DNA of 64,000 nucleotides. Source: Thermoproteota archaeon. Its GTDB lineage: Archaea > Thermoproteota > Thermoprotei_A > Sulfolobales > Ignisphaeraceae. The translations under genes were made by a program, and so were the position numbers. Of this stretch, positions 1 through 9,914 are shown piece after piece; within the stretch, counting starts at the first letter, position 1; each line of letters starts with the position of its first letter. The stretch covers positions 674,525 through 738,524 of the forward strand of contig JAUQPB010000001.1 of NCBI GenBank assembly GCA_030550585.1, given 5' to 3'. Below the pieces are notes generated by a model. The model was not told the DNA's origin, searched no databases, and saw only the letters and a program-made list of their open reading frames with translations.

Positions 1-1
1 G

Positions 2-328
2 GAGGTATTCGCTCCAGTAGCCATAATGACAAGTTTTAGAGAGCTTGACGAAGCCATAGAGCTGGCAAATGGTAGGAGATATGGTTTAGATGCAGCAATA
101 TTTGGAGAGAATATGACTAAGATCAGGAGGCTCATAAGATATTTGGATGTGGGAGCCATATACATAAATGATATGCCTAGGCATGGAGTTGGCTACTACC
201 CATTTGGTGGCAGGAAGGACTCTGGGATTGGTAGAGAGGGTATAGGCTACTCCATAGAGTATGTAACAGCATATAAGACTATTGTCTACAACTATAGGGG
301 TAGAGGAGTCTGGAGATACACGCTATAA
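2..328 (+). CDS. Aldehyde dehydrogenase superfamily protein, C-terminal ~108 codons only (5' part outside window); a GapN-like non-phosphorylating GAPDH is plausible
   Basis: Frame is open from the window edge to TAA at 326-328. C-terminal ALDH-type segment: YGLDAAIFG...[16 protein letters not shown]. Confidence 0.75.
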   Translation, partial: EVFAPVAIMTSFRELDEAIELANGRRYGLDAAIFGENMTKIRRLIRYLDVGAIYINDMPRHGVGYYPFGGRKDSGIGREGIGYSIEYVTAYKTIVYNYRGRGVWRYTL

Positions 329-338
329 AATAAACTAG

Positions 339-3008
339 CTAGCTAATTTTTATCCCCAAAACCTTTCTTACTTCATCAACTATTATTATGACTATTGGCG
401 CTAGGAATAGAATGGGCCATACCTTAATATCTATTGGTACTGTATGGAAATATTTGTTCAAGGGTGTGTATATTGCTAACAGCTGAAGAGCTAGCGACGA
501 TAGGAGAGCTGGTGCAAGCCACTTGTTTCTCGGTAGCTTCCAAAAGTTCTGCTGCTCGCTTCTAGATGACAAAGCTCTTCCAAACTCAGATAAAACAATT
601 GCTGTAAAGGCAGCTGTTCTTGCAAACTCTAGTGAGACCCCCCTAAACATGCTGAATATCCATAGCGTTGTTACCCCTATCAGCGAGCCCATAGCGATGT
701 AGTAACCAAGTTTTCTTCTCGTCACAAACCTTTCTCCTGCTGGTCTAGGAGGCCTATCCATAATGCCTGGCTCTGGAGGCTCAACACCTAAGGCGGCAGC
801 TGGCAAAGCATCTGTGACAACATTTATCCATAGAAGGTGCACGGGCTCTAGCGGTGATGGCATTAGAAGGAGTTGTGATCCGAAGATTGTTGCCACTTCG
901 CCCATATTAGCCGTCAAAAGATAGTTTATAGGCTTCTTCAAATTCTCGTATATGATTCTACCCTCTTTAACAGCCTCCACAATAGTAGCATAATTGTCGT
1001 CTAGAAGTATTAGCTGTGAAGCCTCTTTCGCAACATCTGTTCCCCTAACACCCATGGCAATCCCAATGTGGGCTTCTTTCAAAGCCTGTGCATCATTTAC
1101 ACCATCCCCAGTCATAGCAACTCTATAGCCCTTTCTCTTAAGTACCCTCACAATCCTAGCCTTGTGCTCTGGGGTCACACGAGCAAATACAACTACCTTG
1201 TCAATTATTTTAGCCAGCTCATCGTCGCCCATTCTATCCAGTTCTCTCCCCTCAAGAACAAGCCCATTATCGACATCAAGCCCGATCATCCTTGCTATGG
1301 CCATGGCAGTTAATTTGTGGTCTCCTGTTACAATAATAGTTTTTATCCCAGCCTTCTTAGCAATTTTAATAGCTTCTGCAACCCCCTCTCTAGGGGGGTC
1401 GATAATGCCTAGAACAGCATAGAAAACCAAATCCTTTTCAACATCTTCTACAGGTACATCATCAGAGAAATTGTCTAGAGTCTTAAATGCTATGCCATAG
1501 GTTCTATATCCCTGGGATGCAAGCTCCTCGATATACCTAGCAACAGTTTTTCTGATTTGCTCATCAATGGGTTTGATATCGCCGTTAGAGTATATCATCT
1601 TCGATATCTCTAGGAGTCCTTCTGGAGCACCTGAAACAATGGCTATGTATTTATCCCCAAATCTGTGGATAGTTGATTTCCTCTTTCTGAATCTGTCAAA
1701 CGGATATACCTTCACAAGTTGTAGCTCTGAAACAGCTTTCTCAACACCTTCTCTGCCAAGACCCTTATAGGCTAAAACCAGAGCAGCGCCCTCGGTCGGG
1801 GAACCCACAACCCTCCAGATACCCTTATCATTAACAAGTTTGACATCGCTGTATGTATGTGCAGCGATAAACCTTAGGAGATCTGTTACATTGCTATTGT
1901 TGCTGCATCTGATCATTCCCTCTGGGCTGTATCCAGACCCATCAACATTGCACACATCGTCATAGGTTCTCACAATCTTTACAGTCATCTCGCCCTTGGT
2001 GATAGTACCGGTCTTGTCTGTGCAAATGACATCAACCGACCCAAGGGTTTCAACAGCTGCAAGCCTCCTTACCAAAGCGTTTTTCTTAGCCATTCTATGA
2101 GCACCTATTGCTAGAACAGCTGTTGCTATTGCTGGAAGACCCTCTGGTATAGCGGCTACGGCAAGCGCAACAGATATCATAAATGATTCTAGAATCCCTG
2201 CCCAGCCCTCAATAAGAGAAGTTGCAAAAACAACTGCGGCAATGCCTATTATCACAACACCTATCTTCTTGCCAAAATCGTCTAACTCCATTTCAAGTAT
2301 GGTCTTCTCTTCTTTAGCTTCTGCAACAGCCTTTGCAATCCTGCCAAGCTCTGTGGAGATCCCAGTTGCAACCACAACCCCCTTGGCAAATCCCTTAACG
2401 ATGTATGTCCCCATAAAAACCATGTTAGACCTTTCACTAACAATTGTCGAGGGGTCTAGCACAACGCTAGCATCTTTTTCAATAGGTGTTGACTCGCCTG
2501 TCAATGGAGACTCGTCAACCTCTAGATCAACAGCTTCAATGAGTCTTATATCAGCTGGTACCCTATCACCCTCTCTGAGAATTACTATGTCCCCAGGCAC
2601 AAGCTCTGTAGATGGTATCTCAACTTCTTTGCCATCTCTGATAACCCTGCAACGCGGTGTGGCAAGCCTCTTTAGAGACTGTATGATCTTCTCAGATCTA
2701 TACTCTTGGATAAAGCCGAATAGAGCCATCATAACAACTATTATGGCTATGGTAACAGCGTCGAAGAGCTCGCCAAGAAAGGCTGAAATAGCTGTTGCAA
2801 TGAGTAGGATTATAATGAGTATGTTATTGAACTGACCAATAAACATTTCAATAGGTGTTTTGGTCTTTGCCTTTATCTCATTTCTTCCAAACAATCTAAG
2901 TCTTCTAGCTGCTTCTGCCTCAGTAAGCCCGCTGGTAATGCTTGTGCCAAGTTTCTTAACAGCATCTTCTATTGTTAGTGAATGCCATGGTAGACTATCT
3001 GCGTTCAT
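339..3008 (-). CDS. P-type cation-transporting ATPase (P2-type, Ca2+/cation pump-like)
   Basis: 889 aa. Motifs: TGES (PLTGEST), DKTGT phosphorylation site (ICTDKTGTIT), PEGLP, hinge TGDGVNDAQALK. Multiple TM helices at both ends. Confidence 0.95.
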   Translation of the reverse strand: MNADSLPWHSLTIEDAVKKLGTSITSGLTEAEAARRLRLFGRNEIKAKTKTPIEMFIGQFNNILIIILLIATAISAFLGELFDAVTIAIIVVMMALFGFIQEYRSEKIIQSLKRLATPRCRVIRDGKEVEIPSTELVPGDIVILREGDRVPADIRLIEAVDLEVDESPLTGESTPIEKDASVVLDPSTIVSERSNMVFMGTYIVKGFAKGVVVATGISTELGRIAKAVAEAKEEKTILEMELDDFGKKIGVVIIGIAAVVFATSLIEGWAGILESFMISVALAVAAIPEGLPAIATAVLAIGAHRMAKKNALVRRLAAVETLGSVDVICTDKTGTITKGEMTVKIVRTYDDVCNVDGSGYSPEGMIRCSNNSNVTDLLRFIAAHTYSDVKLVNDKGIWRVVGSPTEGAALVLAYKGLGREGVEKAVSELQLVKVYPFDRFRKRKSTIHRFGDKYIAIVSGAPEGLLEISKMIYSNGDIKPIDEQIRKTVARYIEELASQGYRTYGIAFKTLDNFSDDVPVEDVEKDLVFYAVLGIIDPPREGVAEAIKIAKKAGIKTIIVTGDHKLTAMAIARMIGLDVDNGLVLEGRELDRMGDDELAKIIDKVVVFARVTPEHKARIVRVLKRKGYRVAMTGDGVNDAQALKEAHIGIAMGVRGTDVAKEASQLILLDDNYATIVEAVKEGRIIYENLKKPINYLLTANMGEVATIFGSQLLLMPSPLEPVHLLWINVVTDALPAAALGVEPPEPGIMDRPPRPAGERFVTRRKLGYYIAMGSLIGVTTLWIFSMFRGVSLEFARTAAFTAIVLSEFGRALSSRSEQQNFWKLPRNKWLAPALLSSLALQLLAIYTPLNKYFHTVPIDIKVWPILFLAPIVIIIVDEVRKVLGIKIS

Positions 3009-3172
3009 TGCAACCCAGCCCAGCTGTAGTTAGTTGAATAGGGAAAAAAGTTTTTGAATGCAAGTTGTGGAAGTCCATTTTAGCATGTCCACTAGTTGAA
3101 AAAGTTTTCTTCTGCTTGATTTGGTAGCAATTTTAAATATATAGAGAATGCAACAAAATCTTTGGTGCAAAC

Positions 3173-3559
3173 ATGAGTAAAAGAAACATTATTTTGAATG
3201 AAAACCTCGCAGAAAAGCTTTCAATAGCTTCGAAGAGGCTTGGCATAGACGTAGACACACTTGTTAACAGAGTTTTGGATGAGTGGGTTAAGAATAATAA
3301 GAAGCTTGTGGTATCATTTGACGATGTATTGAATGAATATGAAGCCAGTTTAAGTGGATACTCTGACAAAACTAAGAAGACAAAGATTAGGGTTGTAAAA
3401 GGATTTGTAGAGTGGTGTGAGGCTAATGGCTTTGAGCCGAGCGAGGAGGTTTTGGAAAAGTATGTTAGCGACATCTCATCCAAGTACTCCCAGTCGTATG
3501 TTCAACATGCTAGGTCGGCAATCAAAGACTTTGTTAATTGGTATAAAGAGAGATTTTAG
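3173..3559 (+). CDS. Small DNA-binding protein: N-terminal ribbon-helix-helix plus a domain resembling the SAM-like core-binding N-terminal domain of tyrosine recombinases; no catalytic domain
   Basis: RHH-like start (RNIILNENLAEKLSIASKRLGIDVDTLVNRVLDEWV). C-terminal part (KTKIRVVKGFVEWCEANG...SQSYVQHARSAIKDFVNWY) follows the integrase N-terminal SAM-like pattern. Ends 4 nt inside the convergent XPD gene. Confidence 0.5.
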   Translation: MSKRNIILNENLAEKLSIASKRLGIDVDTLVNRVLDEWVKNNKKLVVSFDDVLNEYEASLSGYSDKTKKTKIRVVKGFVEWCEANGFEPSEEVLEKYVSDISSKYSQSYVQHARSAIKDFVNWYKERF

Positions 3560-5415
3560 AGTTGTTCATAAAACATCTTAACAACTTTTGCAACGTCCTC
3601 TAAGCTTTTTGTAACAAATCTTATCCTGAGGCCTAGTCTAGGCGTTATAGAATTTCCGAGGAATCTTCTATCAGCTAGAATAACTAGTGCATAGTCTTTA
3701 TCGGATCTTACTGCTCTTCCAACAGCCTGGAGAATTCTAATTGTGGCTTGCTCCCTAAAATAGTCTATGGATTCTCCACCGCTCTTCTCAATCTCATTTG
3801 CAATAGCGTTTGTATAGTCGTCTGGCTGTGGATAAGGTATGCCAACAACAATCACTGTTTTTATCAGGCTTTCACCATTGGCCACAATTTCAATACCTTC
3901 AGAGAGTCTGCCTCCAGCAACAGCGTTTAGAACAACCTTGTCAAAGCTCTTCACATTTTCGACAATCTCTGAAAGTGGCTCCGAACCTTCGGAGATCATA
4001 TTATCGACGTTGGTAACATATCTTAGAATAGACTTCATGACCTCATAGCTTGGGTAAACAGCCATTATAACCCCCTTTCCAGAGAACCTGTAAACAGTTT
4101 CTACGATGTTTGCATATGTTCTATAAACATTCTCGCCTCTAAGCCTATAGCTCGTAGTTGCGCCAGTGAATATAACTGCTGTTGTATTCTCCTTGAGAAA
4201 GTTTCTAGAGCCAAAATCCTCAACATCAACCCTAATAACGTTTTTAGAGACTCTAACAACATTTCTCAGAAACTCGTTTGATGGTGGTGTAGCGCTCATC
4301 AACACAATGCCTGCAAACCTCTCAAAGATGTTCCTGAGAAATTCGTAGGATGTGGGCATAGCAGACAACAAAATATCTCCACCCAAGCCCCTAGCCAAAA
4401 ACAGCTCATAATCCTCTTGTACAGCAACATCTGCAAAGTTGGCGACCTTAGATAGAGATGCCACTAGCTTTTCAACTTTCTCCACATCGGTATCAGAGCC
4501 TCTAAGCAATCTAGTCATTGAGTTGAAGACTGTTGCCTCAAGTTTATCAACTAGAGTCTTGTCCAATCCAATAATGCTTTTGTCTATATGTTTGTAGCCC
4601 CTTGCACCACTTTCTACTGCTAGGGAGCTGAGTTTCTTAAGAAACTCAATTGTATCACTATCTACAGAAAGGCTCTCAGCCTCTTTAACAGCATCTCTAA
4701 CACTATTGATGGATATGCTCTCCCCTGCAATACCACCAATATTCAAAAGATTGTGCGCCTCATCAATAACAAGAACAGCTCTCGAAACATCTTTGTCGCT
4801 AAATATAGCGTTCCATATCCTCTCCTTGAATATGTATGGATATGTAGCTACAAAGAGCTGTACATAGTCGAATAGGCTTATAGAGGAGAAGTATGGGCAG
4901 ATGCCAAGATTATCGGCAAGACTCTTTGCGATGCATACATGATCTCTACAGCTAGAAATGGCAGAAGCTACAATGGGTTGCGGTAAAGTGTTGGTTCTTG
5001 AACGGTATGGGCATTTTCCTTGGATGCTGAGAGCATTGCATATAAACCAGAAGCCCTCAACAGAAATGCTACTGTTTCTGACAATTGGACACATCCTCCT
5101 AGCGCTATATAGAACAGCGAATCTGAGCCCAAGCAAGCTGACCTCTCTAATAACGGGGTCGATTTCATTTCTAGTTCTCACAACATATAGAATCTTATCG
5201 AAAACATCCTTGTCTAGCAGTATCTTGAGCGAGTATAGGATAGATATAGTCTTGCCAAAACCTGTGGGAGCAGAGAAAACTAGTACATCCCCCACACCAA
5301 ATCTGCTAGAAACAAACCTCACAAACTCAGCTTGGCCAGGCCTAGGCCTCTGATATGGAAAATCTCCAAGCTCTATACAAAACACCGCATCAAAATATGA
5401 ACACAGAAAACACAA
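3556..5415 (-). CDS. xpd: XPD/Rad3-family 5'-3' DNA helicase (FeS-cluster SF2 helicase)
   Basis: 619 aa. Walker A APTGFGKT, DEAH box (VIDEAHNL), and a Cys cluster between motifs I and II (CPIV...C...CPY...C) typical of the XPD FeS domain. Confidence 0.85.
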   Translation of the reverse strand: MCFLCSYFDAVFCIELGDFPYQRPRPGQAEFVRFVSSRFGVGDVLVFSAPTGFGKTISILYSLKILLDKDVFDKILYVVRTRNEIDPVIREVSLLGLRFAVLYSARRMCPIVRNSSISVEGFWFICNALSIQGKCPYRSRTNTLPQPIVASAISSCRDHVCIAKSLADNLGICPYFSSISLFDYVQLFVATYPYIFKERIWNAIFSDKDVSRAVLVIDEAHNLLNIGGIAGESISINSVRDAVKEAESLSVDSDTIEFLKKLSSLAVESGARGYKHIDKSIIGLDKTLVDKLEATVFNSMTRLLRGSDTDVEKVEKLVASLSKVANFADVAVQEDYELFLARGLGGDILLSAMPTSYEFLRNIFERFAGIVLMSATPPSNEFLRNVVRVSKNVIRVDVEDFGSRNFLKENTTAVIFTGATTSYRLRGENVYRTYANIVETVYRFSGKGVIMAVYPSYEVMKSILRYVTNVDNMISEGSEPLSEIVENVKSFDKVVLNAVAGGRLSEGIEIVANGESLIKTVIVVGIPYPQPDDYTNAIANEIEKSGGESIDYFREQATIRILQAVGRAVRSDKDYALVILADRRFLGNSITPRLGLRIRFVTKSLEDVAKVVKMFYEQL

Positions 5416-5543
5416 TTAAAAGCAGCCACTCCAATAACTGGACACAACATCTCGATTTTTATTCCCAGGCTCATGAAGTATAGTATTGAACATTCGGCTG
5501 CTTTAATCTGTCAGAAGCTATGGAGATTCTCACAAACTGTCCA

Positions 5544-6539
5544 TCACTTTTGTTCTATGTATGTACATACTGTTGGCAGAGCCTCTGCTACTATACTCTC
5601 TATCTTGTCTATTATGCCATCCAGTTTAGCGTATATGTTTATTGTTGTCGGATATGCTAATAGTGTATAATACTCTCTCGCTATTTTTGCTCTCGACCCC
5701 TGCAACTCTCCTTTTTCATGATATGCCAAAGCCCTTATGTTTATTTTGAATGGCAGTTTTATCACTATTGTTGCTACTAATGGTATCGGTTTTGACAGCT
5801 CTACCCCTAGTCTTCTACTCAGATAACTGATAACCTCAACGACTTTCTCCACTTCGCTAGCTTTCGACGATACATCTACTTTGTTTTGGGTTATCTGCAC
5901 CCCTAGTCCATGGATCTTTGTTGTTATATACTGCAACTTTCCAATGGATTTGATTTCTGCTCCAAGTGTTTGTGAAGCATATGCTATGTCTATTTGGTTT
6001 CTAAGGGGTTTTGACACCCATCTAACAAGGGTTTTCCCCCTACACCCTCTAATCTCCTGTATAAGTGCATAGACAGATGATGTTACTGAAGAACCTTCAT
6101 AACCTTGAACAACAGACTCTATAGCCTTTATTATCTCTTGAGGCTCTCGACCAATTCTTCTAAAACATCTATATGTAGCCAATCCAGCTAGCCCCGCCAA
6201 ATCATATGCTCTCGCCTCGTGGACATCTATCTCATCTGCAAGCCTCTTCCTAAGAATCCTCCCTATTATCTGAGCCCCGTCAGAGCCCCAAATACCACTT
6301 AAAACGCTTTCAATCTCAGAGTAGCTAGTGCCACACAAGCTTCTCTTCAGATATAGCTTGAGAAGCTCTACAAGACCAGGCACAATGCTATTTATAATCC
6401 TCTCAACAGCCTCTTCATCAGGACATGCATCAACATTCCACGACACACCATCTGAAAACTCTAGAGGACTCTCATCGACAACCTCACCAGTCTCAGAATC
6501 AACTAAAAAGCCCTCTCTAGTCCTAATTTTCCTGCCCAT
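5544..6539 (-). CDS. Hypothetical protein (331 aa), no confident family
   Basis: Long ORF with protein-like composition. The overlapping plus-strand ORFs are low-complexity shadows. Only a weak helical segment (LATYRCFRRIGREPQEIIKAI) recalls cyclin/TFIIB-fold helices. Confidence 0.5.
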   Translation of the reverse strand: MGRKIRTREGFLVDSETGEVVDESPLEFSDGVSWNVDACPDEEAVERIINSIVPGLVELLKLYLKRSLCGTSYSEIESVLSGIWGSDGAQIIGRILRKRLADEIDVHEARAYDLAGLAGLATYRCFRRIGREPQEIIKAIESVVQGYEGSSVTSSVYALIQEIRGCRGKTLVRWVSKPLRNQIDIAYASQTLGAEIKSIGKLQYITTKIHGLGVQITQNKVDVSSKASEVEKVVEVISYLSRRLGVELSKPIPLVATIVIKLPFKINIRALAYHEKGELQGSRAKIAREYYTLLAYPTTINIYAKLDGIIDKIESIVAEALPTVCTYIEQK

Positions 6540-6677
6540 TGGATCACACTATCCTCTGCAATCAGAAAACAGAGTCTTATGCCGAATATAAGCACACTGG
6601 TTATTATTGCTCCCTGCGAAAGTTTTATCTAGCCCCCACTGCAATAGAATCCTTCTAAATAAGAGTGTTGACACAGG

Positions 6678-6998
6678 GTGGCAGCTTTGGACGCGGTTAT
6701 CGTGGAGAGAAACGGTTTTGTAATAGCTATAAAATCTCTTGATGGCGGTGTTAGAGAGGAGGACATTCCGCTGGTGATCAAAGCGGTTGAGACATTTCTA
6801 AACCAGCCGCTGGGGCATGCCACAAGCAGCTTTCCTGGAAATGGGCACAACAACGGCAAAAAGCTGAATGGCAATGGAGATACAAGAAAAGGTGTTTTAT
6901 ATTCGCCATGGCTTTTGACATGGCTTGCTGAAGCAAATGGCTATAGAGACCATTTCCACGCAGTTCTAAGTGTTTTTGCAAATAGCAAAAAGCAGTAG
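6678..6998 (+). CDS. Hypothetical small protein (106 aa); N-terminus weakly Roadblock/LC7-like
   Basis: GTG start, divergent from 5544-6539. Segment LDAVIVERNGFVIAIKSLDGGVREEDIPLVIKAVETFL fits the roadblock-type pattern only loosely. Competing antisense ORFs are Cys/His-rich junk. Confidence 0.35.
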   Translation: MAALDAVIVERNGFVIAIKSLDGGVREEDIPLVIKAVETFLNQPLGHATSSFPGNGHNNGKKLNGNGDTRKGVLYSPWLLTWLAEANGYRDHFHAVLSVFANSKKQ

Positions 6999-7179
6999 TC
7001 TTGTTTGTTTTCCATATTAATGCAATAATATAGAAATTTGCAGAGGTTTTTATTTGGCATAGACCACAAGTTGTCTAGATGCAGAGCTCTTTAATATGTA
7101 AATAATCTATGTAAAAACGTTTTTGTTTTCGCCATGAAATGCTTGTTCAAAAAATTAGTTTAGTGTTGCACAATTTCAA

Positions 7180-9198
7180 TTAGATTTGGGTTTTTATGAA
7201 TCTTAGTGCTATTGCTATGGCTATTATAGCTAATACCACTATTGCAAGGGTTATTATGTTGAATTTTTCCGATGTAGTGGGTACGACACTTTGTGCGACT
7301 GTGCATGGCGTTTGATATGTGTATACTTGTGTTTGTGTTGTGGTAACAGTTCTCTCTATTGTTACATAGCTATAGCTATAGACTATGCATGTACCCAAAC
7401 CCTGCTCAGCTCCCTTTGTTTGTGTAGCAGTTGTAGTGGGCTGAGCTAGTTGTTGTGCTGTCTCTATCTCTAGTATATTGTATATCGAAAGAAGCATTGA
7501 AAGCCTTGCCAAACTATATATCCTTGTCCCGGTGTCTCCAGTCGAGCTAAGCTCTAAGAGTAGTGGCACATCAATAGGTATTATATCGTCTAGTTTTGTG
7601 AGCAGAATCTCGACGGTGCTGTTCAATGCTTCTATAGATGAGTTCATATTCTCCATAAACATTGATAGCAGTGTTAGATACATGTATCCTATGGAGCTTA
7701 TTCCAAGGGCTATTCTCTCAATAGATGTGTTCACAGTCGACATTATGATATATCTAGCTTGAGCTTCTGAGAATATGTCTTGGGGTATCGATACAGATGA
7801 CGAAAACGCTATGATGTAGCTGTATATATTTTGTGCAAGTGCGGATATGACTGTTGCTAAAGAGTCTAGGTCTACCGGCTTTATGTAAACATTTGTCGAT
7901 ATATTCAAGCCTGTTAGGTTCTGCCAGAACATGGCTGTGTAGAGCCTTGCTGAGGCAAGTGCAAGATACTGTGTAGAGGTGTCTACATACCCTGTTGAAA
8001 GGCTGTTGTTCAGATATATATATGCCTCGTATAGCCTATCAAGAGTGTTTAAAATTGTTGACAGTTGTGATAGATCTATTGTCTTTCTAGAGATGGACAC
8101 AACATACGCTATATCTTTGTATATCTGGTTCCTGAGACTATCTGCAACACTTGGCACATAGCTGCTATTCAAAAAGGCATTTAGCAGGTAAAGCCTCCAA
8201 TATGCATAGATGAGTGCTTGGAAATATGAAGAGGCTGCTGAGTATAGCTGTCCCTGGCTTTCCAAGGCCTTTCCACTAGCGATATACCCGTTTAGGCTAC
8301 TGTCTATACTACTCAAAAGCTGGCGAACATAGTAGTTGTGAACTCTTGGCTCTAAAGCCTTGCTTTCATCAACTGTTCTATTGATCTCTTTCTTAATATC
8401 TGTAATCATATTCTCTAGTTGTGGTTTTAGAGCATCGTATATCTTGCTGATTTTATTTTCATAGCCTCCGACTGTATATGAGAACAGCCCATTTGTGAAT
8501 ATATGGAGAGCCTCATAGACATTTGCAACAGGTTTAACAACAACGCCTAGCCTAGCACCATAGGAGACGAGATCAACAGTCTGTGTGACAGTTCTATAGA
8601 CAGTCATAGGACCTATTCTTTGGGCCACTACAGTATATATAACATCTGTTGTCTGTCCATAGGGAACTAGAAACACCTTCGCACCTCTCGATGCAGCAGC
8701 GCCGAGCTTATAGTAAACCCCTCCAACAGGTCCGATACTACCATCAGGCATTATCATACCTGTCATAACAACACTCTCATTTAGTGGAAGCCTTAATAGC
8801 GCAGCTGCAAAGGCAACAGCTGTTACGCCGCTAGCACTAGGACCTCCGATTATGGGAGAGTCAGACCTTATAGAGGCGAAATAGTCGCAGCTCCAGAAGC
8901 TCTTATTTGCAACAGCGCTAGCAACAATTGCAGCAACTCTTGTTGATGCCTGCAGATCTATTTCTGATAGCGGATATGTCTCGACATATACATGTCCTTG
9001 GCCAGGGCAAACAACTCTCACGTAGAGATCTGCTGCAACGCCTATGTACGAGTTGTTTGGAAGCTGTGAAACGGCCACTATCGTAACATGTCTAGACTCG
9101 TCAACTGTATATCCCTGTGAAACAGTTGTATACAGCCCCAATACAAGTGCTATTGTAAGCACTGTTGATAGTATGCCATATACTCTATTAAAAGCCAT
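7180..9198 (-). CDS. Membrane-anchored extracellular Lon-like (S16 fold) serine protease, archaeal COG1750-type
   Basis: N-terminal signal/anchor helix. Lon proteolytic-domain pattern GGPSASGVTAVAF...MTGMIMPDGSIGPVGGVYYKLGAAASRGAKVFLVP (Ser-Lys dyad positions). Long helical middle, Thr/Gln-rich stalk, and a C-terminal TM helix with a basic tail. Confidence 0.75.
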   Translation of the reverse strand: MAFNRVYGILSTVLTIALVLGLYTTVSQGYTVDESRHVTIVAVSQLPNNSYIGVAADLYVRVVCPGQGHVYVETYPLSEIDLQASTRVAAIVASAVANKSFWSCDYFASIRSDSPIIGGPSASGVTAVAFAAALLRLPLNESVVMTGMIMPDGSIGPVGGVYYKLGAAASRGAKVFLVPYGQTTDVIYTVVAQRIGPMTVYRTVTQTVDLVSYGARLGVVVKPVANVYEALHIFTNGLFSYTVGGYENKISKIYDALKPQLENMITDIKKEINRTVDESKALEPRVHNYYVRQLLSSIDSSLNGYIASGKALESQGQLYSAASSYFQALIYAYWRLYLLNAFLNSSYVPSVADSLRNQIYKDIAYVVSISRKTIDLSQLSTILNTLDRLYEAYIYLNNSLSTGYVDTSTQYLALASARLYTAMFWQNLTGLNISTNVYIKPVDLDSLATVISALAQNIYSYIIAFSSSVSIPQDIFSEAQARYIIMSTVNTSIERIALGISSIGYMYLTLLSMFMENMNSSIEALNSTVEILLTKLDDIIPIDVPLLLELSSTGDTGTRIYSLARLSMLLSIYNILEIETAQQLAQPTTTATQTKGAEQGLGTCIVYSYSYVTIERTVTTTQTQVYTYQTPCTVAQSVVPTTSEKFNIITLAIVVLAIIAIAIALRFIKTQI

Positions 9199-9392
9199 GC
9201 TCTTACACCTCTAACACAAGGACATAGCTCATGATACTGGTAACTTTATGTAATTAAAAAGGTTTTTGTGAAACAGCTTTTCCAGTATGGTGAAACACGA
9301 TGATCGAAAAACAGGGATTTAATTTGGTTAAGCTGTGGCGATAGCCAGCATCTTTACAACAGAAAGCATCGTCCTTTAGGGCGGGGAGGAGG

Positions 9393-9842
9393 TCAGAGGT
9401 TCTCAAGAACATTAATAACCTTGTCTATAGCATCATCAACGCCTTTGAGCATTGCCTTAAGATACTGTGGAGGCGAAGACTGTGAGAACTCTTTTAACAA
9501 CTTTGTATTCTGTATTAAGCTTCTGAACGCCATCGATGCCTCGAGAGAGAGTTTTTGTAGATATTCGTCAAAATTGCCTCTTCCCAGCTTTTCTCCATCC
9601 ACTGTAATGCTATCACCGAGCATCCTTCTAAGGGTTTGTATAATCTTGTCTAGTTTAAGCATGGTCATTGAGAAAGAATCATAGAGTTCTCTAAGTCTTC
9701 TATTGGCGATGTTGTAAAACGAATCAACCATTTCTTTCCTCACACCTAATAGAATTGCATAAGCTGCTAGAGCCTCTTCTTTACTAATCTCCGAAGTGCT
9801 TTTCCTTCTAATTCTCGTCAAAACATCTTTGAGAAATGCCAT
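9393..9842 (-). CDS. Hypothetical alpha-helical protein (149 aa)
   Basis: ORF with heptad-like helical composition. No motif recognised. Confidence 0.45.
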   Translation of the reverse strand: MAFLKDVLTRIRRKSTSEISKEEALAAYAILLGVRKEMVDSFYNIANRRLRELYDSFSMTMLKLDKIIQTLRRMLGDSITVDGEKLGRGNFDEYLQKLSLEASMAFRSLIQNTKLLKEFSQSSPPQYLKAMLKGVDDAIDKVINVLENL

Positions 9843-9914
9843 CTATACTCACATGTTTTGGTGGTTTCAGAAAAGGTTTTAAACATTTGGTAGATAGTTG
9901 TATACAGTAGTGGT

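Noticed and set aside
2242-2835. Long antisense ORFs inside strongly supported genes, e.g. 2242-2835(+) in the P-type ATPase, 15276-15761(-), 21203-21661(-), 42473-42829(-) and 54501-55094(-).
   Set aside because: Their translations are Ser/Thr/Pro/Leu-rich low-complexity sequence typical of shadow frames. The opposite strand carries genes with unambiguous catalytic motifs.
9335-9343. GTGGCGATA in an intergenic region, which is exactly complementary to the acceptor strand of the orphan tRNA half at 46212-46250. It was considered as the missing 5' half.
   Set aside because: The following sequence cannot form a D arm (no GG in the loop, no pairing 3' strand). A 7-9-mer match is expected by chance in 128 kb of two-strand sequence.
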